IMG/VR virus record: IMGVR_UViG_3300027970_000018
Origin: an uncultured virus (IMG/VR IMGVR_UViG_3300027970_000018)
Taxonomy: Duplodnaviria > Heunggongvirae > Uroviricota > Caudoviricetes
Strand: one strand, 5' to 3'
DNA: 20,000 nt
A program made the translations under genes and the position numbers. This document shows positions 10,554-18,322 of this stretch, piece after piece. Under the pieces are notes generated by a model. The model ran no database searches, had not been told where the DNA came from, and saw nothing but the letters and a program-made list of their open reading frames with translations. The stretch's first letter is position 1. Each line of letters opens with the position of its first letter.

Positions 10554-10721
10554 TTATTCTGTTAAGTAAAATTCTTGAGTTTCAAAATTAAAATAAATTT
10601 CTTTACCATCTGGATTATCAATCATACACACTTTTTCAGTCGCAGTCTGTCCTTCTAAAGTTTCATCATCAGATTTAGAAAAAAGGGCACGACCGGTAGT
10701 AAGTTCGATTATTGTGTACAT
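10554..10721 (-). CDS. small acidic protein after the fibre-like gene (55 aa), possible tail-fibre accessory protein
   Basis: Manually translated MYTIIELTTGRALFSKSDDE...EIYFNFETQEFYLTE; starts 2 nt after the upstream stop. Confidence 0.6.
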   Translation of the reverse strand: MYTIIELTTGRALFSKSDDETLEGQTATEKVCMIDNPDGKEIYFNFETQEFYLTE

Positions 10722-10723
10722 AG

Positions 10724-11611
10724 TTAGAAGTTTTTTATTTCTGCAAATTTTAAATAAGCGTTATCACTTAATGAAGCTAAAGTGATAGTGAAAATTAAAT
10801 AATTATCTACTGTGTTGTCGAAAGGTAAAGAACCTTGAATCCCAGTATTTGTAACATCATCTGTCACAGCTCCACTTGAAAAAGATAATCCAGTTAAATT
10901 AGTTCCGTCAAAATTCATTTTTCTTCTAAAAGGAGTGTATCTTGCGCTAAGCGTTAGCGCTCCAGTAGTTGCTATTCGAGTGGCTGAACCAATATTATTA
11001 CTAACTTGACTAACATACGCTTTAAATGTTATTTGACCAACTGTTGATGTTTTTATTGCAAACATATTAAATTCAAATTTTCCACCACTTGAAGTATAGC
11101 TATTCGCTGGAATTAAAATATTTCCAACTATCGTTTCAACTACCGTATTAACTGTTACAGATTCAGTATTTATTTGATATTTGAAAAAACCTAACTTTGA
11201 AAGAATAGAACTTTGTGTTTCATCTCCTGTATTTGTGTTTGCTAAATTACTAGCTGAAATATTTCCTGTAAAAGTAGCACCTGATAAATCAGCTTTCCCC
11301 GATAATTGAGAACTGTCATTGAAAGTTTTAGGTGTTAAAAACTGATCATCATTTGTTCCAGCATCAACTGTGGCTTGATCTGCATTGTATGGGATAGGAG
11401 TAAATTCCCAGGTTGTTCCATTTGAATAATACATACCAGCATTATAATATGTACCTCCTAACCATGTAGGTCTCCAACTAGCTCCTACACCTGCAGAACA
11501 CCAGTAAAATTGCCCAGGCACTGTACTAGGAGAAGGTAAGGAGTTATAATCGGCAACGACAATTGGAGAACTACTTGTTCCAACTACTAATGTTCTTATT
11601 CTAACAGCCAT
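10724..11611 (-). CDS. putative virion structural / tail-fibre-like protein
   Basis: Thr/Ser/Gly/Asn-rich; ADQATVDAGTNDDQFLTPK and KADLSGATFTG are fibre-type motifs; beta-rich C-terminal domain. Confidence 0.6.
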   Translation of the reverse strand: MAVRIRTLVVGTSSSPIVVADYNSLPSPSTVPGQFYWCSAGVGASWRPTWLGGTYYNAGMYYSNGTTWEFTPIPYNADQATVDAGTNDDQFLTPKTFNDSSQLSGKADLSGATFTGNISASNLANTNTGDETQSSILSKLGFFKYQINTESVTVNTVVETIVGNILIPANSYTSSGGKFEFNMFAIKTSTVGQITFKAYVSQVSNNIGSATRIATTGALTLSARYTPFRRKMNFDGTNLTGLSFSSGAVTDDVTNTGIQGSLPFDNTVDNYLIFTITLASLSDNAYLKFAEIKNF

Positions 11612-11612
11612 A

Positions 11613-12233
11613 TTAAGTATTATAAGTAATTAGAAATTCAGTTCCAGAGGCATCATAAGTGATTGTATTAGCCGCATACACATAGAAAGTTGCTGCTTCA
11701 AATTCTAATATTTCTCCTTTCTTTATTGTGTTCCCAAGTAACAAACCATTTGCTATCCCCACGTTGGCAACGGCAAAGCTTTGTATGGTGAAGTTGAGTG
11801 TCCCTGAGCCTGTCACTCGGACAAAACCCGGAGTGTTGTACCCATTATTTTGGTTCGATGCAATAACAACAGGCATACTGTTTGTCATATTCTTCTGCCC
11901 AAGTGTAGTTGGAATACCTAAATTAATTTCTTGAAGAGTTGTTTCTGTTGCTAATCCAGTAGCTGAAACATCCGCCCACGAAGCAATTGTATCAACTGCA
12001 GTATTTACCCCTGCTATATCATCGGTCCACGTAATCTGGTTTGTAACGTTCTTCAACAAGAATTTAAACGAATCACGGTTACATCTACCATCTCCAATAA
12101 TGTCAACCTCTACTCCGTATTCACCCAAATCATTTTTAAAATGACGAATATTCCCAATAACATCTGGATTGTAAAATTCGGCAAATCCCCCTTTAAATAC
12201 TCGTATCTTATTATACTTTTTATCTATTATCAT
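11613..12233 (-). CDS. putative structural protein (206 aa)
   Basis: ATETTL and LGQKNMTNSMPVVIASNQ motifs; Thr/Gly-rich; coupled to the fibre-like gene. Confidence 0.5.
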   Translation of the reverse strand: MIIDKKYNKIRVFKGGFAEFYNPDVIGNIRHFKNDLGEYGVEVDIIGDGRCNRDSFKFLLKNVTNQITWTDDIAGVNTAVDTIASWADVSATGLATETTLQEINLGIPTTLGQKNMTNSMPVVIASNQNNGYNTPGFVRVTGSGTLNFTIQSFAVANVGIANGLLLGNTIKKGEILEFEAATFYVYAANTITYDASGTEFLITYNT

Positions 12234-12246
12234 AACTTATTTATTA

Positions 12247-12528
12247 TCACCATTTTACCTTGTGACTCCAATATTTTGGACTTAATTTACTTGGGTTAGC
12301 CCCCTGAGCATCATGTCTAGCGTAATAAGATTTTTTACGAGCTTTGTCTTTAGCTGTTTTTGGGTTCTTTCCAGCACCTACAACCCCTTGCTGACCAAAT
12401 CTCAAGAGCTTAACTTTGCTACCTTCTTTAGCCACAACTACGTGAGACTTGGTTTTATGGCTTGGAGTTTTCTTTGGACGATTATACCCGCTTACCCCTG
12501 CTCTTGCTAATCTAGGGTCTTTTTTCAT
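12247..12528 (-). CDS. small basic phage protein (RFGQQG...ARH...YW family)
   Basis: GYN.PK.TP.H.TKSH.V.AK.G..VKL.RFGQQG...KSYYARH...S.KYWS.KVKW, a pattern I recognise from aquatic phages; function unknown. Confidence 0.75.
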   Translation of the reverse strand: MKKDPRLARAGVSGYNRPKKTPSHKTKSHVVVAKEGSKVKLLRFGQQGVVGAGKNPKTAKDKARKKSYYARHDAQGANPSKLSPKYWSHKVKW

Positions 12529-12541
12529 GACTTACTATTTA

Positions 12542-12559
12542 TACCCCTTAATCGGGGTA
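12542..12559. terminator. intergenic hairpin
   Basis: TACCCC-TTAATC-GGGGTA between two minus-strand genes. Confidence 0.35.
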
Positions 12560-12561
12560 GT

Positions 12562-12882
12562 TTACAATCTAACAGCTCCAATAGAATTAGTAGCTTGATT
12601 GTGGTAAAGATAGGTGTTACCAGCTACTGCACCAAGTAATACGGTTATTGCTGCTGCTGCCGCTGTATGGTCAGCATAAGTAGGTAATAACGTGTTGGGG
12701 GTGTATGAAGGTAAGCCCTCTAAGTTAACAATTTCATTTATACCTTTTTTAAAAGATACTTTTTCAGTCTCTCTGCTTACAAAAATTTCTCCTTGATCCG
12801 CTTGTGAATTTCTTTTGAATGTAGGAATTACATCTTCAAAATTGTCTTTCCTTAAATTTGGGTTTTTATAACCTGTTTTCAT
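12562..12882 (-). CDS. hypothetical protein (106 aa), possibly structural
   Basis: First ORF after a minus-strand promoter; contains LPTYADHTAAAAA. Confidence 0.7.
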   Translation of the reverse strand: MKTGYKNPNLRKDNFEDVIPTFKRNSQADQGEIFVSRETEKVSFKKGINEIVNLEGLPSYTPNTLLPTYADHTAAAAAITVLLGAVAGNTYLYHNQATNSIGAVRL

Positions 12883-12910
12883 CTTAAAAATTTTTAGTAT
12901 TAATAAAGTT

Positions 12911-12940
12911 CAAAAGTAATTGGTACAAATTTAGTATCAA
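12911..12940 (-). promoter_or_regulatory. Bacteroidota-type promoter for the putative structural operon
   Basis: Minus strand reads TTG, 19 nt, TACTTTTG (plus strand CAAAAGTA 12911-18 and CAA 12938-40). Confidence 0.55.
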
Positions 12941-12971
12941 AAAATATAATATCTGTTTCAACTCACTAAGG

Positions 12972-13019
12972 AGTAAGTTACTTACTGGTAAGTTTACAGT
13001 AAACAATTTACTGTAAACT
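12972..13019. repeat. clustered palindromes
   Basis: AGTAAGT-T-ACTTACT (12972-86) and AGTTTACAGTAAA-CAA-TTTACTGTAAACT (12991-13019). Confidence 0.8.
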
Positions 13020-13329
13020 ATTTTTCTTTATAATCAAGTCTCATCTTAGTTCTTGGACCAGAGCCTAAAGCCATCTCAAATCTAAAACCACGCTCTTCAA
13101 AGTGCGATAACTTGCCCTTTTTGATATACTTTTGTACAATATCATTATATTCGTCAAAATCAAGTTCATAAGCATTGTAGTCAATCATCTTTTGCCCACC
13201 CTCATTTGTAGGTGCGTTTGCAACTAGGTCATCAAAATCTGCTGATGGTGTAGCTTTTTTGTAAAGTTCTCTGTAACAATCCATAGCTAGGTTGTAAAGT
13301 TTAGTCTCTCTTCTTGTCATTTTTATCAT
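13018..13329 (-). CDS. hypothetical phage protein (103 aa)
   Basis: ORF containing CYRELYKKATPSADFD...LGSGP. Confidence 0.75.
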   Translation of the reverse strand: MIKMTRRETKLYNLAMDCYRELYKKATPSADFDDLVANAPTNEGGQKMIDYNAYELDFDEYNDIVQKYIKKGKLSHFEERGFRFEMALGSGPRTKMRLDYKEK

Positions 13330-13480
13330 TTAAGTTTGTTTCACAGTAAGCAATCATTTTGTCCAAAGCCATCCCTACCTCTCTTGCGTTTGGCATTGGC
13401 AGCCGTGTTAGCGGATCGTTATTATCATCACGTCTCCACTTTTGATAATATTTTATTAGTTCTAAATCCTTTTTTGTCAT
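13301..13480 (-). CDS. small hypothetical protein (59 aa)
   Basis: Manually translated MTKKDLELIKYYQKWRRDD...MPNAREVGMALDKMIAYCE; ATGA-coupled. Confidence 0.6.
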   Translation of the reverse strand: MTKKDLELIKYYQKWRRDDNNDPLTRLPMPNAREVGMALDKMIAYCETNLNDKNDKKRD

Positions 13481-13653
13481 TTGAATATGTCTTTAAATAA
13501 TCCACCAAATAAATTTTCAACAGTATTATCTTCTATTTTATGGAAGATAATTTTAGATTTCACAACCTCTTCAGCTTGTTGTTTTGACTTTGCTTTAATT
13601 TCCACTTTCATTTTCTTACCGAAAATTTCAAAGTAAACAGTATAATTATTCAT
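13477..13653 (-). CDS. small hypothetical protein (58 aa)
   Basis: Manually translated MNNYTVYFEIFGKKMKVEIKAKSKQQAEEVVKSKIIFHKI...; coupled to the next ORF. Confidence 0.65.
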   Translation of the reverse strand: MNNYTVYFEIFGKKMKVEIKAKSKQQAEEVVKSKIIFHKIEDNTVENLFGGLFKDIFK

Positions 13654-13665
13654 TTTTATAGTTTA

Positions 13666-14976
13666 TTATTCTTCAAAAAAGTAATCTGAGTGAGAAATAT
13701 AGCCACTGTTCTTATCTATCACCTGTATGGAGTACCCGAAATACCCACCATTAAAATTGTGTTGTGCCCAAACAGACGGAGGAGCAAATGACATATAATT
13801 TCTGTAGTCAAAGGTAGGACATTTTTCGTAATTTACCTGATGTAAATCTCCTTTTTCTACATGGATATATTTTGAATTGATGTTGTACTTGTCAATATAG
13901 TTACGGATAAAGTTAATTGTATTTGCATCAAGTTGCATTGGTAAACCTCTCTTCATATATTTATGGTCCTTACCATGAGTTTGTATGAAACAGTGTTGTC
14001 CGTAAGTGAAGTGTTCCATAAATCTCTCCAGGATATGGAATTCAACTTTATCTTCTCCATACAATGTGTCGATCAACCTCATTATAGTCCAGTTAGCAAT
14101 TGTCCCAAAACTTCCTGCGTGATTACAATTGACAACATTACGGATACAAATTTTATCTGCGAAATCTGCTTCAATAAAAGATTTAATCAATTTTAATTTT
14201 CCTTCTACATAAGTTTGAAACTGCTGGGTGTTACTCATATTCTGATCTAATTTGTGACCACCCCTTGTAGTTTCACCATTCCAACCATCTAAACCGTCTC
14301 CTAAATCGAATAAGAAAAGTGTATCTACTTTACCGTGTTGTAGATATTCTTTACGCACAGATTCAAAAGCTCTATTTAGGTTTTCATTGAATACTTCCGA
14401 GTTGTAGGTGTAATCATACAAACCAGCATTGTTGGGGTTTGGGTCAAGTCCCACATGCATATCTGAAAGCACTAGCTTAATTGCTTTGGTTTTACTTTTT
14501 ACTCTTGTTTTTGGGAAGGTAAATTTATTGTCAGGGTTTTTAAGATGTTTATCGATTAACTCGTCCACTGCATCGAGCAATTGAATCTGGTTCGTATTCT
14601 TGGTAAAAACGGAGAACTTCTCAGATTTATGCCAATAATGTTTTACTGCTTCTACTGGAATACCCTCTTCCTCACAATGGTCTTTCAACGCACTGTGTTC
14701 AGCCAAAGCTTCTTCAACACCTGATGAGCCGATTTTTGCAACATTAATACGATATTTGTATTGTTCTAAAGTACCCATTAAAGTAGCTTTTTTAAAAGCA
14801 TAATAAGCACCTCTCAGTGTTTCAATAGGAGAATTGCTGTAGGTGGGATTAGATTCTTTTAAGTCTTTAACGGCTTTATTTAATGATTTTGAATTGTCTT
14901 GTATTTGTTTACACACTTCTTTGTAAAGGTATTCTCTTTCTTCAAATGTAAGTGTTGAAACTCCTTGTGATAACAT
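13666..14976 (-). CDS. calcineurin-like metallophosphoesterase with N-terminal helical extension
   Basis: LSDMHVG, DLGDGLDG, CNH, QTHGKD and KGDLHQ are the five metal-binding motifs. Confidence 0.85.
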   Translation of the reverse strand: MLSQGVSTLTFEEREYLYKEVCKQIQDNSKSLNKAVKDLKESNPTYSNSPIETLRGAYYAFKKATLMGTLEQYKYRINVAKIGSSGVEEALAEHSALKDHCEEEGIPVEAVKHYWHKSEKFSVFTKNTNQIQLLDAVDELIDKHLKNPDNKFTFPKTRVKSKTKAIKLVLSDMHVGLDPNPNNAGLYDYTYNSEVFNENLNRAFESVRKEYLQHGKVDTLFLFDLGDGLDGWNGETTRGGHKLDQNMSNTQQFQTYVEGKLKLIKSFIEADFADKICIRNVVNCNHAGSFGTIANWTIMRLIDTLYGEDKVEFHILERFMEHFTYGQHCFIQTHGKDHKYMKRGLPMQLDANTINFIRNYIDKYNINSKYIHVEKGDLHQVNYEKCPTFDYRNYMSFAPPSVWAQHNFNGGYFGYSIQVIDKNSGYISHSDYFFEE

Positions 14977-15065
14977 ATTTGATAAATTATATTAGGAAAA
15001 ACGGATTTAATCCGATTACTGCTTTTAGAATTCGCAATATCTTTTATTTATAAAAAATTTATACG

Positions 15066-15097
15066 CAAACATAATACTTATTTCTTGTTGAAAACAA
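15066..15097 (-). promoter_or_regulatory. Bacteroidota-type promoter for the minus block
   Basis: Minus strand reads TTG, 21 nt, TATGTTTG (plus strand CAAACATA 15066-73 and CAA 15095-97). Confidence 0.55.
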
Positions 15098-15556
15098 TAC
15101 ATAATATTTTAATAACATTATTGGAATATTTGTTATGGAAAAATGAAAAATCCCACTCAACTTAATGGATGGGTTTTACGGCACATTTTATAAAAATTTT
15201 TCTACCCCCATGCCCGAAACGAACCAAATTATTCGTGTGTTTTTTGGGTATACCCCACCCCGCTGATAAGATGGTTCGCCCCAAAACAACCATAGAAAAA
15301 ATCTATAAAGACTAAAATTACATAGACATTATCTAAGTGAAAAACAATTAATTCAAATCCAAAACACTTAATATAACACCAACAAGGAGATATATAGTTA
15401 AGAGAGAGAACTAAAGGGAGTAAGTTAGGGAAGGTAGAGTAATAGATACAGTCAATCGGGGAACTCTTTAATTTCGGGGTATCTAATTTTTTGGAGAAGC
15501 CTAAAAACAATTGGGGCTGAAACAATACCTACTTAAATTTTTTGGGGCACAATAAA

Positions 15557-15581
15557 TCAATGATAGTCAATGATAGTCAAT
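15557..15581. repeat. 10-bp tandem repeat x2.5
   Basis: TCAATGATAG TCAATGATAG TCAAT. Confidence 0.8.
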
Positions 15582-15726
15582 TGGGGCAAAAAGTTGTAAG
15601 CGTAAATACGAGCGACACCACCTACCCATTCACTCTCCCCCCTTATTGGGGTTTCTTTGGGTGTACCCCCTACCAGTTAGAAAGTAAAATTTTCAAAAAA
15701 TGGAACTAAAAAAAATACGAATACAC

Positions 15727-15932
15727 AAAAAAGATATTTTTTAGCACCCAATTAAAGAACATAAACAACAACTATATTAAGATATTAATTTCGGAACCAT
15801 TAGAACAAACAGTTTTTAGCCCTACCTTTGAAAAATTCGGAACCATTAGAACAAACAGTTTTTAGCCCTACCTTTGAAAAATTCGGAACCAAAGGAAAAA
15901 AGATATTTTTTAGCACCCAATTAAAGAACATA
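15727..15932. repeat. nested direct repeats: a 37-bp pair flanking a 46-bp tandem repeat
   Basis: AAAAAAGATATTTTTTAGCACCCAATTAAAGAACATA at 15727-63 and 15896-932. TTCGGAACCATTAGAACAAACAGTTTTTAGCCCTACCTTTGAAAAA starts at 15790 and 15836, with a partial copy at 15882. Confidence 0.92.
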
Positions 15933-16155
15933 GACAAAAGCTATATTTAACCTATTAACTATAAATAATATTTATAATCTACTGATTTAAAGAAATATAA
16001 ACTAATTAATCTTATAAGTATCTGATTTTAAAGCACTTATAACATTTAACATTATTTAACATTTATAATCCAAAGTTAATGCCTACTTTTACAAACGAGA
16101 GGCAACGAAGCCAATTATATAACTATTTTTATTTAATTATTTAATTTTATTTATT

Positions 16156-16887
16156 ATGAAAAATTTAGCAATTTTTGCAGGGCTTAACAGTAGCCAAAAA
16201 ATTCAAGTCCTAAAAAAAATAGGCATCAACGCAACGTCAAAAGACATTGAAGCTAAACAGAATCTTTTTAATAATTTCACATTTGAGGCACAAAGCAAGG
16301 CTTTAAAAAGTCTAGACATTTCAAAGGGCTTTGACAACGAATTATTGAAACTTGAAAAACAAAATGCAAAAATAGAACATAAGGGCATATATTCAGTATT
16401 CAAGGCTATTCAAAATAACACTACTTTGTTAAAAAGTGTTAAGGGTAAAAAATTCGAGCCTACCAATTTGATTGGCTCAATGAATGTGAACCAATTCATA
16501 GGGCAACTTAAAAAAGTGGGCTTCTATTCCATTGACATCCTTTACACTTTTGGTAAAGTGTACGAGTTAGCGAACGATGGCGACAAAGTGTTAATTTCAG
16601 AGCGTGGGCAAAAAATAAATGATCTGTTAATGGAATACAAAAAAGAAATTTTAACACAAAGTGAAGCCCTTACAAAGTTCCTAGAACTTGTTAGCCCTTA
16701 CAAGGTAAAAATTAAAAAAATTAAAGGGCAAAATGACATAATTACAAAAACGTTAATTTTCAACGAAAGTTCTGAAAAATTTTTATTAGAGTTTTGCCCT
16801 GAAGTTGCGAAATTTTACGGCATTGAAAAACAAGTTGAAACGGTAGTTAATGAGTTAGAGTTAGTGGATAGTTCATCAGTAGCTTAA
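16156..16887 (+). CDS. hypothetical Lys-rich protein (243 aa), first gene after the non-coding region
   Basis: Long ORF with an AT-rich leader and a downstream terminator. Confidence 0.8.
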   Translation: MKNLAIFAGLNSSQKIQVLKKIGINATSKDIEAKQNLFNNFTFEAQSKALKSLDISKGFDNELLKLEKQNAKIEHKGIYSVFKAIQNNTTLLKSVKGKKFEPTNLIGSMNVNQFIGQLKKVGFYSIDILYTFGKVYELANDGDKVLISERGQKINDLLMEYKKEILTQSEALTKFLELVSPYKVKIKKIKGQNDIITKTLIFNESSEKFLLEFCPEVAKFYGIEKQVETVVNELELVDSSSVA

Positions 16888-16898
16888 TAGGTTACTCA

Positions 16899-16928
16899 AA
16901 AGGGCTTGAAATATAGCCCTTTATTTTC
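16899..16928 (+). terminator. intrinsic terminator
   Basis: AAAGGGCT-TGAAATAT-AGCCCTTT followed by a T-rich tract. Confidence 0.7.
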
Positions 16929-17159
16929 GTTTTAAGGCATTCAAAAGTGAATGCAATTAAATAATCCTTATACAACATTGAGACGTTTATAAGGGGCAGA
17001 TTTTAGGTAGTGGCAGGAGGCTACAGTTAGTAGAACCACTATCGCATAAAAAACAAGGTAATTGAAACAGTTAGTTAAATTACCACAAAAAAAGTTTTTG
17101 TAAAGTTGTTTTTTATGCTCTTCTTTGAAATATAGATACAAGAACTGAAGCTTAAAAAT

Positions 17160-17825
17160 CTGACGCACATAAGACCGTAGGGCGGGCGTATTTTGGAGTT
17201 TGTTATAACTTGTATGCTTTAATGTAACTAATTAGATTTAGTTTTATTCACTTAAAAGAATGTTTTTTGAGTTGTGGTAACTTGTGTAAAAGAAATTTTA
17301 CAAGCAATGTTTTTGCTTTGCCTCAACATTTGTGTATAAAAAGAAACTTAGTCAAGTGCCGTGAAATTTGAGAGAACACTTTTGTTACTACCTTGAAAAA
17401 GTAGTGCAATATATTGTTTTATACCATGGGAGTAGTAGACTAACTTAGAGTTCTATTAATGGGAGTATTGTGCCATTATGTGAATGTGTTGTCTAGCTTC
17501 GTTTGTGGTATATGATGTTTAGCTCAGGCGGTTGGTTGATACGAACCAATTGTTATTGGGCGGGGTGTGCCTGTTGGTTACTGAATAACATAAGGTAATC
17601 ATTAGATTGGGGGCCGCTATCAAAAGCATATTCCAGCCTTGATTGGGATGCAAAAATCAAAAAGAATTTATTCCCACCACTCAACAATAATGGTTTGTTG
17701 TATGGGTGTGCTATATCCAATCCGCAAGTTCCAGCAGTGGAAACATGTAATGCAATGGTTTGTGGATTGGTGTGTAGTGTACCCATGTAGATTGATTTCG
17801 GTGGTGGGATCTAACTAATCCCTAT
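17160..17825 (+). ncRNA. candidate large structured non-coding RNA (boundaries approximate)
   Basis: No credible ORF; many nested helices with G-U pairs and GAAA tetraloops (see findings). Confidence 0.6.
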
Positions 17826-17848
17826 ATGGGTGTAGTGTAACTTTTCGC

Positions 17849-17985
17849 TATACCTTTGGCAAAGGTATAATAATTTTCTGAGATATAAAATAACCCCATT
17901 GAATAAAATTCGTGGGGTTTGTTGTATTCAGTAAAATATGGGGGTGTGAAATTTCTTTATACTACCTTTCGCCAAAGGTAGTATA
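17849..17985. promoter_or_regulatory. two related TACCTTT..AAAGGTA palindromes flanking a hairpin
   Basis: TATACCTTTG-G-CAAAGGTATA (~17849-69), AACCCCA..TGGGGTT (~17892-919), TATACTACCTTT-CGCC-AAAGGTAGTATA (~17958-85). Confidence 0.6.
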
Positions 17986-18017
17986 TTTATTTTTAAAAAC
18001 CAAATAAATTTTTAACT

Positions 18018-18161
18018 ATGGAACTAGAATTGGACCAAATTTGTAACCTATTGTTTTTAGGTGTAGCAGTTGTTGCTGTGTATTTATCCTGGAGATTAGA
18101 TGTAAATCGCTCAGCCGAGAACTCTCGTGAGAGATTTAAGCGTGAATTGAAGAAGAAATAA
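18018..18161 (+). CDS. small single-pass membrane protein (47 aa)
   Basis: Manually translated MELELDQICNLLFLGVAVVAVYLSWRLDVNRSAENSRERFKRELKKK; AT-rich leader; hairpin after the stop. Confidence 0.6.
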   Translation: MELELDQICNLLFLGVAVVAVYLSWRLDVNRSAENSRERFKRELKKK

Positions 18162-18166
18162 AAGCT

Positions 18167-18190
18167 TTCCCCGCTTTATAGTGGGGATTG
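18167..18190 (+). terminator. hairpin / possible terminator
   Basis: TCCCCGC-TTTATA-GTGGGGA immediately after the stop codon. Confidence 0.45.
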
Positions 18191-18322
18191 TTGGCAGTAA
18201 ACGGCAGCAGTTTTAGATGAGAGTGGTGTGTGCTGGAATATTTATGCCCTATTGTTTGGGGGTTAAATATATAATTTGTAGCTTTACCCCATAAAAAATT
18301 AACATTAACTAAATTTTAAAGT

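Noticed and set aside
11728..14196. Plus-strand ORFs 11728-11934, 12313-12510, 13963-14196
   Set aside because: Shadow frames inside minus-strand genes.
15229..15525. 98-aa minus-strand ORF
   Set aside because: Non-ATG start, atypical composition, and located in the motif-rich non-coding zone.
15790..15890. CRISPR array
   Set aside because: The 46-bp units are identical tandem copies with no unique spacers, and there are no cas genes.
17160..17825. Group I/II intron, tmRNA, RNase P or tRNA cluster
   Set aside because: No interrupted gene. TAGTC precedes GACTA, the wrong order for group I P7. I saw no group II domain V, no GAGGAAAGTCC and no T-loop GTTCRA cloverleaf.
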